Shown here piece by piece: positions 26,830 through 34,953 of a stretch of 64,000 bases of DNA; position 1 is the first letter of the stretch, and each line of letters starts with the position of its first letter. The notes below the pieces were generated by a model, which ran no database searches, was not told the DNA's origin, and saw nothing but the letters and a program-made list of their open reading frames with translations. Source of the DNA: a virus; IMG/VR virus record IMGVR_UViG_3300042359_000621. The stretch is one strand, 5' to 3'. The position numbers and the translations under genes were made by a program.

Positions 26830-27054
26830 ATGTCTAAAGTCTTTGTGATGGATACCGAAAAGCGTCCATTAAATCCAATCTCACCCGCAAAAGCTAGGAT
26901 TCTTTTAACTCAAAAGAAAGCCGCAGTTTTTCGGCATCAACCTTTTACAATCATCCTAAAATATGCTGTCAAATCTTCAACTGAAGACTTGAGGCTAAAG
27001 ATAGATCCTGGTTCTAAATTTACTGGCATTGCCTTGGTAAACGACGACAGTTAA
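26830..27054 (+). pseudogene. Truncated IscB / RRXRR-HNH family N-terminus (PLMP domain plus RuvC-I motif only)
   Basis: VFVMDTEKRPLNPISPAKARILLTQKKAAVFRHQPFTIILKY..LKIDPGSKFTGIALV matches IscB N-termini. The ORF stops after 74 aa, with no bridge helix, HNH or RuvC-II/III downstream in any frame. Confidence 0.6.
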
Positions 27055-27248
27055 CAATTGTCTTGCTTCTTGACTAATTTGATACTCAAGATGGGATGAT
27101 CACCCATTATTGTTGATCCAATATCTGACCAATTCCGAGAGGGATAGATTTCTTGAGGATGCGATCGCCTCTAGCCTTTCCCTCTCGATTTCCGAAAGCC
27201 TTATCCCTATTCGGGTTGAGCAATTTAAAAGTTTTTTCTTTTTAGGGG

Positions 27249-27277
27249 TTGACATATTTCTATTTTGTTAGTACAGT
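27249..27277 (+). promoter_or_regulatory. Promoter, GGGGTTGACA-N17-TACAGT class
   Basis: TTGACA at 27249-27254, a 17-nt spacer, and TACAGT at 27272-27277. Shares flanking similarity with 30582..30610. Confidence 0.45.
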
Positions 27278-27440
27278 TTTAAATGTACAAGATTTTGTAT
27301 GGCTAGGCTACTGAAGCGAAAATCACCCAAAGAAGTAGCACACACAAAGATCGAACTTTGAAAGCGGGGGTGGGCTGGCAGCCGGAAAGACGGCACTTAC
27401 AAACAGAACAGGGACGCCGCCGTCAAATCGGGCGTAAAAG

Positions 27441-28049
27441 ATGAAAAACTCCACAACCACTGTCGCTCAACTTTCTAAAAGAATCGCTCAACTAAATAGC
27501 TTGATTAGCAAGTTCCCCCGCGTCCGAAGCCTGATTCGGAAGTGGGCTTTTGAATTGACTATTCTTGAGGGGCGGTTAGAAGCCCTGAAAGCGGTGGCGG
27601 TTGTGGAGACACCGAGGCAATTAACAATTTGGGATATGCCACAAAAAATTGACTGGTTTTTTCCTCCCCTTGTGGGGTCGGAAAAGCAAATTCAGTGGGC
27701 GGATAAACTCCGCCGTGATTTTGCTGAATATTATTCTTCTCTGGGTGGCGAACCTGGAGGTGGCGAAATCAAAATCAAGAAAGCGGTAGGCATTGCAGTT
27801 TCAGCCAAGTTCTGGATCGAAAACCGCGATTTTTGCGAAAAAATATCTTGGGAAAATATGACCAAGGTTTTGAGGGAATTGGCTGCCTTGGTTAACGAAT
27901 GCCAACCTTGGTATAGCGATTCCGATCAGTCGGAATTTAAACAAATTCTGAAAGATAAAAAATCAATCCTCAGATTATTGAGGATTGACAAAGCAGGGAT
28001 CGTCGCCTGTTGCAATCAACAGAGTCAAAACAGACGCTTCAATGGATAA
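27441..28049 (+). CDS. Hypothetical protein
   Basis: 202-aa ORF. Confidence 0.5.
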   Translation: MKNSTTTVAQLSKRIAQLNSLISKFPRVRSLIRKWAFELTILEGRLEALKAVAVVETPRQLTIWDMPQKIDWFFPPLVGSEKQIQWADKLRRDFAEYYSSLGGEPGGGEIKIKKAVGIAVSAKFWIENRDFCEKISWENMTKVLRELAALVNECQPWYSDSDQSEFKQILKDKKSILRLLRIDKAGIVACCNQQSQNRRFNG

Positions 28050-28111
28050 TTTATGGGCTGGGTGCGATGCCTTAAATCCGCGCAAAAGTTAACGATATAA
28101 AGGTAGGAAAA

Positions 28112-28402
28112 ATGAATAAAAAATTGGTTGATTTGATTAAAATTATGCCTAATCCTAAAGCTACTTGGTTAGCTCTGGAAATGGGATTGCTAAATGATTC
28201 GGATGATAAATTTATTTTAGGGGGCGCGATATTAGAAACCGTCCCCGAAAACAAGCGAGGCAATCCAAAAATTATTTCTGCGATATATGAAATCGCAGAG
28301 ATAGCCTTAGAGCGTTATCAAAGCATTTACAAAGGATTGCCCTCAGAATGGAATAATCATCGCTTACAAGTCAGAAAGTCAGTGTTTGGATGGTTATTAT
28401 GA
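28112..28402 (+). CDS. Hypothetical protein
   Basis: 96-aa ORF. Confidence 0.45.
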   Translation: MNKKLVDLIKIMPNPKATWLALEMGLLNDSDDKFILGGAILETVPENKRGNPKIISAIYEIAEIALERYQSIYKGLPSEWNNHRLQVRKSVFGWLL

Positions 28403-28677
28403 CTCAAAAACTTTTACACGCCCGTTACTGGAAGGCGGACGGTACCGGAGAAAACCGAACATCCTACGACCCCCACGGATTCGGGTTAAAAACCCTAGAA
28501 ACTATGGATGCCCTGATCAATAGCTTAGGCTTAAAACAAGTTGAGGGAGTGTCTTTGAATGGGGTTCTCGTCAATCATCACAAAGGTGATTCCTTTGGGC
28601 ATCAGGTTCACATCGCGGCAACCGCCGAACAGTGGGAAGCTGCGAAACAATATTGGGAATCAGGAGCTTTTGATTAA
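28390..28677 (+). CDS. Hypothetical protein
   Basis: 95-aa ORF. Confidence 0.45.
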   Translation: MVIMTQKLLHARYWKADGTGENRTSYDPHGFGLKTLETMDALINSLGLKQVEGVSLNGVLVNHHKGDSFGHQVHIAATAEQWEAAKQYWESGAFD

Positions 28678-28949
28678 TGTCAAAACATCGATACACAGTT
28701 ACATACGTTCAGTGTGATATTTGTGGAAAAACTTGTGATCATGTTTCTTTTGATTACAACTCGGATTGGAACATTGAACACGGAATAGATATCTGTGATG
28801 AGTGTTCAGAGAATGGAGAGAACGGGGAAGTGTGGGATTATCGTGATGTAGACGATGATATGAAAGCCCCAGAAAGAGAAGACTCCAAAATGGCTTTTAT
28901 GAAAGTCAACCCAGAGGGAGAGGAGTGGAGATTTGCTAAGTGGCTATAG
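28677..28949 (+). CDS. Small zinc-ribbon protein
   Basis: CDICGKTC ... CDECSE cysteine pairs. Confidence 0.45.
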   Translation: MSKHRYTVTYVQCDICGKTCDHVSFDYNSDWNIEHGIDICDECSENGENGEVWDYRDVDDDMKAPEREDSKMAFMKVNPEGEEWRFAKWL

Positions 28950-29031
28950 CTAACAATTGATCAACAATTGGGATCTCAAGTACCCAAACACCCAAAAACC
29001 CCACGATATAAGGGTTTAACTACATTGAATA

Positions 29032-29077
29032 TACCTTGGGGTGGTAGGGGTCGCAGGTTCAAATCCTGTCGCTCCGA
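29032..29077 (+). other. attP core: the 3' 46 nt of a tRNA-Pro(GGG) gene (anticodon arm to discriminator), not a complete tRNA
   Basis: TACC-TTGGGGT-GGTA anticodon arm (anticodon GGG, U33, G37), GGGTC variable loop, GCAGG-TTCAAAT-CCTGT T-arm and CGCTCCG-A acceptor. No matching 5' acceptor or D-arm lies upstream. Confidence 0.7.
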
Positions 29078-29086
29078 TAGACGCAA

Positions 29087-29117
29087 AAGCCAGATTCTAT
29101 AAAGGGTCTGGCTTTTT
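29087..29117 (+). terminator. Rho-independent terminator
   Basis: AAGCCAGA ... TCTGGCTT stem followed by a T-run at 29113-29117. Confidence 0.6.
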
Positions 29118-29142
29118 CCCGTCTGATGGTTGATAATCTTCT

Positions 29143-29180
29143 ATTAGACAAGATTAGACAAAATTAGACAAGATTAGACT
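29143..29180 (+). repeat. Four ATTAGAC(A/T) direct repeats with an exact 10-bp period; candidate integrase arm-type sites
   Basis: Copies at 29143, 29153, 29163 and 29173, 19 nt upstream of the int GTG start. Confidence 0.6.
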
Positions 29181-29198
29181 GATTATTGATCATCAATT

Positions 29199-30335
29199 GT
29201 GACTCAGAAGAAAGCACCCAAGGGAAGCGTACAGGTCAAAACTACCATCAGTTCGGCGGGGGTGGGGTGGCTCCGGCTGGTTTGGAGTCACCAGGGCAAA
29301 AGATATTTTTTGAGCTTAGGATTGGAGGATAATCCCCTAAATCAGATGGTGGCTCAAAGACTCGCGCTACAGATTCAGGGTGACTGCGCCACGGGAAACT
29401 TCGATAGCTCCTTGATTAAATACAAACCGCAATCAGAAATAGAATTGAAACCCGTCACGGTTTCAGTTGTCGGGCTAATTGAACGGTATTTAATTTTCAA
29501 ACAGCAACAAATTGAATCAGAAACGCTATACAAATACAATCATTTCTTGCCTAGAATCCGAGAATATTTTGGTAACAATAGTTTAACTGAAAAATCCGCT
29601 TTTGGCTTTCGTGATTGGCTGCTACAACACAACGAACCCGCCACAGTTAGGGAAAGAATTGTATTCTTAAATGCTGTTTATGAGTGGGGGATTAAGAAGC
29701 AATTAGTTGAGGTCAATCACTGGACTGAAGTATCGGTTAAGGTTCCCCCAAAAAGAAGATTAAAACCATTCTCAATTGAAGAAATAAAACGGATTTTAGA
29801 AGGGTTTGCAACGGATCAATATTATTCCCATTATCTCCCTTATGTTGAGTTTTTACTGGGTACAGGTTGCCGCCCGGGTGAAGCAAACGGGCTACAGTGG
29901 AAACATATATCAGAAGATTGTGGAGAGGTTTTAATTAGCTGTAAATTAACGGTATCCGGTGAGCGGAAATCGACTAAAACTAATCGCGATCGCTTAATTC
30001 CACTTCCCCCTCGCCTTCAAAATATTCTCAAAGCAATCCGTCCGATTGACCCCGACCCGGAGGCTCCGGTTTTTGTCTCCTTGACTGGATTGCCAATTGA
30101 TTCCCACAACTTCAGGAATCGGGCTTGGAAACAGGTTTTAGCTAAGGTTGGCGTGGAATATAGAAAGCCCGGAAACTGCCGTCATACTCTGATTTCCCAC
30201 GGGTTATCGCAAGGGAAAAGCCCTGCTGAAATGGCAGAACTCGCAGGGAACAGAATTGAGACTATTTACAATAATTATGCTGGGAGCGTGATCCACCGAC
30301 CATCATTGCCTGAATTATTCGTCGATGACGAATAA
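29199..30335 (+). CDS. int: Tyrosine-type site-specific integrase
   Basis: GCRPGEANGLQW (catalytic R), CRHTLISH (HxxR) and a distal IYNNY (Tyr). Adjacent to the tRNA fragment. Confidence 0.85.
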   Translation: MTQKKAPKGSVQVKTTISSAGVGWLRLVWSHQGKRYFLSLGLEDNPLNQMVAQRLALQIQGDCATGNFDSSLIKYKPQSEIELKPVTVSVVGLIERYLIFKQQQIESETLYKYNHFLPRIREYFGNNSLTEKSAFGFRDWLLQHNEPATVRERIVFLNAVYEWGIKKQLVEVNHWTEVSVKVPPKRRLKPFSIEEIKRILEGFATDQYYSHYLPYVEFLLGTGCRPGEANGLQWKHISEDCGEVLISCKLTVSGERKSTKTNRDRLIPLPPRLQNILKAIRPIDPDPEAPVFVSLTGLPIDSHNFRNRAWKQVLAKVGVEYRKPGNCRHTLISHGLSQGKSPAEMAELAGNRIETIYNNYAGSVIHRPSLPELFVDDE

Positions 30336-30384
30336 ATTCCATAATCTGTTATAAACTGGTGAATAGTTATATGAGGTTGTTTTT

Positions 30385-30585
30385 ATGGTAAGACCCCACG
30401 AACACAGGCAAGAAATCAAAGCCAGACTCAAACCAGAAGATAGGGAGAAGTTGAAAGCCCTCGTCGTTGGCATGGGTTATCGTTATTGGAGGCAGGACTC
30501 ACCGGAACCCGCATGGACTGAGTTTTTGGAGGCGATCGCAACGGGCGATATAATTCTTTACAAAAAAGTCGGGGGAGGGGGTTGA
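30385..30585 (+). CDS. Hypothetical protein next to int (an excisionase role is not supported by motifs)
   Basis: 66-aa ORF. Confidence 0.4.
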   Translation: MVRPHEHRQEIKARLKPEDREKLKALVVGMGYRYWRQDSPEPAWTEFLEAIATGDIILYKKVGGGG

Positions 30586-30610
30586 CCTTTTGGGATAAGT
30601 GGGGTACAGT
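30582..30610 (+). promoter_or_regulatory. Promoter, GGGGTTGACC-N17-TACAGT class
   Basis: TTGACC at 30582-30587, a 17-nt spacer, and TACAGT at 30605-30610. Confidence 0.45.
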
Positions 30611-30700
30611 TATAAGTGCAGAAGGTTAAAAGTTAAGCAAGTAAGGTGGCTGCCCTACTTGCTCTCAAGTCAATCATTTTAGGTCAATTAGGAGTATACC

Positions 30701-31042
30701 ATGAAAGTTAAAGTCTATTTCAATCTCCATAAGAGATGTTTTTCGGTAGTCGCCCTTGAAGGTGAAAATAAGGGGCGGGTAATAGCCCACGAAACAGAAG
30801 TTAAATTAATAAATGCTACATTCAAAGTTTCTGAAGCCGGACGGCAACGGGTGATCCGAGAGCAGCGTAAAAACGTCCACGCTTGCGTTGTAGGAACATT
30901 GACTGACACAGTGAAAAACTGTGATCAAGCTGTTACTTACAACCCCTACAAATACAACTCATTTGTGTTTAAAAAGGATGAATCCCCTGTGTTGACGGCT
31001 CAAAACGTTTTGCTAATCAACAAGCAAATTTTTATCAACTAA
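30701..31042 (+). CDS. Hypothetical protein
   Basis: 113-aa ORF. Confidence 0.5.
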   Translation: MKVKVYFNLHKRCFSVVALEGENKGRVIAHETEVKLINATFKVSEAGRQRVIREQRKNVHACVVGTLTDTVKNCDQAVTYNPYKYNSFVFKKDESPVLTAQNVLLINKQIFIN

Positions 31043-31055
31043 ACAGGAGGATATT

Positions 31056-31214
31056 ATGATTTATCGCATTACACGGGTCAAAACTGCGCCCAACAAGGCA
31101 AACAGACAAGGGTATTACCTCGAAGCCCTAAATGAACTAGAGGCTTTGACAAGGTTTTATACCCAATTCCCTGATTTTGTAGGGGAAGAATTAGAGTTAG
31201 AGGAATGGAATTAA
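31056..31214 (+). CDS. Small hypothetical protein (52 aa, not in the track)
   Basis: AGGAGG lies 6 nt upstream of the ATG. A terminator follows. Confidence 0.45.
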   Translation: MIYRITRVKTAPNKANRQGYYLEALNELEALTRFYTQFPDFVGEELELEEWN

Positions 31215-31239
31215 AAGACCTCTAATTCAACTTAAAACT

Positions 31240-31268
31240 AACCAGGGAATATAAACCCCTGGTTTTTT
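31240..31268. terminator. Bidirectional rho-independent terminator between convergent genes
   Basis: AACCAGGG ... CCCTGGTT stem with TTTTTT on the plus strand. Confidence 0.6.
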
Positions 31269-31273
31269 GCTGT

Positions 31274-31870
31274 TTATCTAATCACAGGGACAGGAATAAT
31301 CCCCATCAGAATGCCAGATATTTCCTGAGTTATTCGGGTAGTTGTTTGCGTTGCGTTAATCACAATCCAGTTATTCTCCCTCGCCAATTCAAGATATCCA
31401 AACCGAACCCGATCTAAAAAAAGCAAGTCTCGTTCAACCTTGTCCAGAGGTTTGTCGAGATCGCGGCGCACCGCCACCTCAACAGGACAATCGAACAAAA
31501 TCACCATATCGGGATCAATTCCCCCCGTCGCCTCGTGATTTAGCTTCCTTAAATTATCTAAATTAAGCCCGTGCCCATACCCCTGATAAGCAAGAGTTGA
31601 ATCCGTGTATCGATCGCACAATACCAAATCAGAATCTTCTAACAAATATCTAATCGTGGGATTGTGTTTAATCCTATCCTTCAGGATTAATTTAAGCTGC
31701 TGCTCCGGTGTCAAAAGCCCATTCTTTAATTCAAACCGAACGTCATAATCACAGGGTTCTCTTGTGATGTAAAACTTTAACTTTAACGCCGTGAAATGGT
31801 CGCAAAGTTTTCTGATTTGGGTTGTTTTGCCACTGCGGTCAATGCCTTCAAAAGCAATCAATTTACTCAT
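31274..31870 (-). CDS. tmk: Thymidylate (dTMP) kinase
   Basis: P-loop FEGIDRSGKTTQ and DRYTDSTLAYQG. Start set at the ATG at 31870 (MSKLIAFEG). Confidence 0.85.
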   Translation of the reverse strand: MSKLIAFEGIDRSGKTTQIRKLCDHFTALKLKFYITREPCDYDVRFELKNGLLTPEQQLKLILKDRIKHNPTIRYLLEDSDLVLCDRYTDSTLAYQGYGHGLNLDNLRKLNHEATGGIDPDMVILFDCPVEVAVRRDLDKPLDKVERDLLFLDRVRFGYLELARENNWIVINATQTTTRITQEISGILMGIIPVPVIR

Positions 31871-32031
31871 TTCATCCTCATCCAATTTTTAATCAAATCA
31901 TCTTTAATCATATCTTGCCGTACTAATTGAATTATATATTCTCTAGCTTCCTCCAGTGTCAATATATCCACATTACGTTTAATTATCGCAAGTTTAAATT
32001 CTTGCTCCATTGTTAGCTGTGTTGGTTCCAT
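31867..32031 (-). CDS. nblA: NblA-like phycobilisome degradation protein (54 aa, not in the ORF track)
   Basis: MEPTQLTMEQEFKLAIIKRNVDILTLEEAREYIIQLVRQDMIKDDLIKNWMRMK follows the NblA pattern (L-S/T-x-EQ-x-F ... E-A ... L-x-x-Q-x-M). The stop overlaps the tmk ATG (ATGA). Confidence 0.65.
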   Translation of the reverse strand: MEPTQLTMEQEFKLAIIKRNVDILTLEEAREYIIQLVRQDMIKDDLIKNWMRMK

Positions 32032-32340
32032 TTCCGTTGTTATAAGAATATCAACACATAGATTATATCAAAAAATATTTTGATTTTTATATCTCTTTAA
32101 TACAGAATCAAAATATTTTTTTGATTTACCTGTTGCCAATTGCTCCTGATAATGGATTTAATTTGCCAATGCGTATTCTAATATTGCCTGATAATCAGGA
32201 AAGTGATAGGCTATTTGACCCCCAAGGAGTGAGAGTTCTTTTAGTGCGGATGCGTATCTATCCTTTGTTGGTGAATTCATTTTTTATTAATGCTTACTTA
32301 GGTTTAACCCCTCTAAATATTTAGAGGGTTTATTTTTTGA

Positions 32341-32550
32341 TTAGCTCATGCTCAATATAAACGCCTCTTGTTCCTCAATGACTCGCCATTCCTGTCTATC
32401 TTCTTCGAGCCAATTGATATTTTTAGCTAATTCGGCACAGTACATCGCCCGTTTTTGTTCAACAGTCCATCTAGGGAGCGCGAAGGCATCCGTAAACAGA
32501 TCCGCGTCGGATGATAAGGACTGATAAGCTAACAACGCCACGGCTTTCAT
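32341..32550 (-). CDS. Second ORF of cassette copy 1 (homolog of 56612..56950)
   Basis: C-terminal WLEEDRQEWRVIEEQEAF matches WTMEDLQE..DWRVIREQEQF. Homology continues upstream to 32706 in frame, without a start codon. Confidence 0.45.
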   Translation of the reverse strand: MKAVALLAYQSLSSDADLFTDAFALPRWTVEQKRAMYCAELAKNINWLEEDRQEWRVIEEQEAFILSMS

Positions 32551-32706
32551 TTTGCCCTGTTGCGCGGCGTAAATCTTGAGCCGTTGCCAGTCCGAGAGGG
32601 AGATCGTCGTTGCCTTTGTGCCACCGCCGTTGATGGAATCTAGTTCTGCCTCAACCGGTAAGCCGGTATAACCTATACCCTGAAGGGCTTTGAGTGGTAG
32701 AAACCT

Positions 32707-33399
32707 TTATTCCGGTTCGTAGGTTAAAACAATACCCATATCTTGACAATGAGACTCTACCAATAAAATAAAATCTGGACTCGCGCATCCAAAGAAGTGA
32801 ATCCGTTTTTCATGCTCTGGATAATACTTTCCATAACAGAAAACCTGTCCTATAGCTTCTTTCCATCGTTTCCAATCTTTGATCTCGATTAATTGAGTGT
32901 CGGTTAAAATGTCGATTCTCCCAGCTAATGTTGAGACTTCGAGCTTTGCATTGAGTAAAGTTTTTGCCAGTTTCTTCTGTATGATCTTCTCGACTTGATT
33001 AGGGTTTAATGTCTTTTTAATTCGAGGCTCTAACGATGTTGCACGTTCTATCTTTGAGTTTTTTGTTAGTAATCTCATGGCGTCTCTTTTTCCCTCAGAT
33101 GCAGCAAAAGATATTAAGACATCAAAATCTGACTGTGAAAGCGTCTGAGCGCACCGACCACCGCCATTAATACTTTCACATACTACAGGAATAAACTCGC
33201 CCGTATAACCCATTCTTTCTAATGTCTTCGAGGCTTTGCCAACCCTGCTAGTGATCTGAGTCAACCAGTTTTCCGCATACCCTAAAGCCAAACTCGCCCC
33301 AACCATCCCAACTCGGAACTCGCCATTGGGCATCATGTACCCATCAACAGAAATTCCTTCTACATATTCGATAGTTGCCCGTTGTGATTTAATTGTCAT
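32707..33399 (-). CDS. Cassette copy 1: weakly Bro-N/KilA-N-like N-terminal domain fused to a C-terminal PD-(D/E)XK-like nuclease domain
   Basis: Paralog of 55951..56559. The C-terminus STLAGRIDILTDTQLIEIKDWKRWKEAIGQ has a D...ExK arrangement. Confidence 0.55.
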   Translation of the reverse strand: MTIKSQRATIEYVEGISVDGYMMPNGEFRVGMVGASLALGYAENWLTQITSRVGKASKTLERMGYTGEFIPVVCESINGGGRCAQTLSQSDFDVLISFAASEGKRDAMRLLTKNSKIERATSLEPRIKKTLNPNQVEKIIQKKLAKTLLNAKLEVSTLAGRIDILTDTQLIEIKDWKRWKEAIGQVFCYGKYYPEHEKRIHFFGCASPDFILLVESHCQDMGIVLTYEPE

Positions 33400-33428
33400 T
33401 GTGACTATTTCCTTAATTAATGGTTACG

Positions 33429-33481
33429 GCTCCTGGGTGCGACGAACACCGCGAGGAGCATTTCTATTATTAATTATATCA
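33429..33481 (-). promoter_or_regulatory. Extended -10 promoter (TGATATAAT) plus conserved leader hairpin, cassette copy 1
   Basis: The minus strand reads TGATATAATTAATAATA, then GCTCCT-CGC-GGTG-loop-CACC-C-AGGAGC. It covaries with the copy at 55867..55918. Confidence 0.5.
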
Positions 33482-33631
33482 ATATTTTATTAGTTTGTCT
33501 GTTAATTAAGCCACGTCAAACAAACTTAATTGCTTAAATTCCGGTTGTTTTAACTCCATGATTTCTAACTCTGTTTCTGAATATTCCCTGGGTTGGGAGA
33601 TGCGATCGTGTGATACAATATAATCAGATTA

Positions 33632-34288
33632 TTGGGTAACAACACAATGGAATATTATTTTGACACCGAGTTTATTGAAGACGGAAAAACCATTGACTTA
33701 ATTTCTATTGGGATTGTCGCGGCTGATGGTAGAGAATATTATGCAATCAATGAAGACTGTGATTTTTCTAAAGCCCATCCTTGGGTTAAAGAGAATGTAA
33801 TTACTCAACTACCAGAAAAACACCCTCAACCGCCACGGGAAAACGGATCTTCAGATAAGTGGGAAAAATCAAAACTATGGAAACCTAAAAGTCAAATTAA
33901 AGAAGATGTTGCTTTATTCCTTGGTTGTCGCCACTCATTCTACATTCCCAACCCTAAAAACTGGATCGAAAAACAATACTGGAAACTTCCTTTTGTAAAT
34001 ATAGAAACTAAAGTTGAATATATACTAGAAAAAGACACACCTCAACCTGAAATTTGGGCTTATTATGCCGATTATGATTGGGTTGCCTTCTGTCAACTGT
34101 TCGGCACTATGATGGATTTACCAAAAGGGTTTCCCATGTACTGCCGAGATATAAAACAACTCTGTGATGAACTTGGCAATCCAGAAATACCAAAGGACAG
34201 AATAGAACACAATGCCCTAGATGATGCCAGATGGGTTAGAAAAGCCCATTTGTGGTTAAGAGATTATCAAATCAATGGAGTCCGGTGA
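33632..34288 (+). CDS. DEDDh-type 3'-5' exonuclease (DnaQ / RNase T superfamily)
   Basis: Exo I YFDTEF and Exo III HNALDDA. The likely true start is the ATG giving MEYYFDTEF. Confidence 0.7.
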   Translation: MGNNTMEYYFDTEFIEDGKTIDLISIGIVAADGREYYAINEDCDFSKAHPWVKENVITQLPEKHPQPPRENGSSDKWEKSKLWKPKSQIKEDVALFLGCRHSFYIPNPKNWIEKQYWKLPFVNIETKVEYILEKDTPQPEIWAYYADYDWVAFCQLFGTMMDLPKGFPMYCRDIKQLCDELGNPEIPKDRIEHNALDDARWVRKAHLWLRDYQINGVR

Positions 34289-34779
34289 TACAGCAAATAA
34301 CAGGATTCACAAGACAAGAAACAATTCAATTAACTAACTGCACATCCAGTCGGATTGCTTATCTGGAAAAGATGGAGTTAATAATTCCCACTCGGTACGG
34401 GGCAATTGGAGGCAAGCCAACGGTTATATTTAGCTATGGGCAATTGCTAGGGATTCAGGCTATTCGAGAATTAAGACTAGAGGATGTTCCATTGCCAACG
34501 GTAAAAAGACTCATTACCTTTTTGGAAAATGCCAGTTATGCCGATATTTCAAAAGATAAATTATTGATCGCAATGAACGATGATATTTTTTGGACTCAGA
34601 AAGATTGGTCTGATTTTGCCAACAATATGCCAAAAAGCCTCAAGAAAGCCAGTAAGGAGAATAAGAATATTTCTTGGTACATATTGATAGTGATTCCTAT
34701 GGGAGATATTATTGATGAAATTTTTAATACAGCTAAAAAAATCAATTTTCAGGATTTCCAACAGAGAATAACTTGCTAA
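34252..34779 (+). CDS. MerR-like HTH protein
   Basis: FTRQETIQLTNCTSSRIAYLEKMELIIP. The real start may be the GTG at 34285, overlapping the upstream TGA. Confidence 0.45.
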   Translation: MVKRLSNQWSPVIQQITGFTRQETIQLTNCTSSRIAYLEKMELIIPTRYGAIGGKPTVIFSYGQLLGIQAIRELRLEDVPLPTVKRLITFLENASYADISKDKLLIAMNDDIFWTQKDWSDFANNMPKSLKKASKENKNISWYILIVIPMGDIIDEIFNTAKKINFQDFQQRITC

Positions 34780-34953
34780 ACTTCAAAACAATCACCGTGA
34801 ATAATTTGATTAAGCATAATAATATTAATTATTTAGTCTATCAATATTATAATACAAACCCAATATCTTCACCAATAAAAATAACCCAACAATCAATAAG
34901 ATTCCTGGGTTAGTATCGTCCAATTTCAATCAGTGTGCATCATTATTATAACA

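Noticed and set aside
26830-27054. Functional IscB RNA-guided nuclease
   Set aside because: The ORF ends after 74 aa. The bridge helix, HNH and remaining RuvC motifs are missing in all frames downstream. At most it is a remnant, although the upstream RNA-like structure is still flagged.
29001-29077. Possible complete tRNA gene
   Set aside because: Only the anticodon arm, variable loop, T-arm and 3' acceptor strand are present. The required 5' acceptor (CGGAGCG) and D-arm are absent upstream. It is interpreted as an attP tRNA fragment instead.
32121-32324. 67-aa plus-strand ORF with a TTG start in the nblA-cassette gap
   Set aside because: It has low-complexity sequence, no RBS and a non-ATG start, and it sits in an A/T-rich intergenic region. 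It is probably non-coding.
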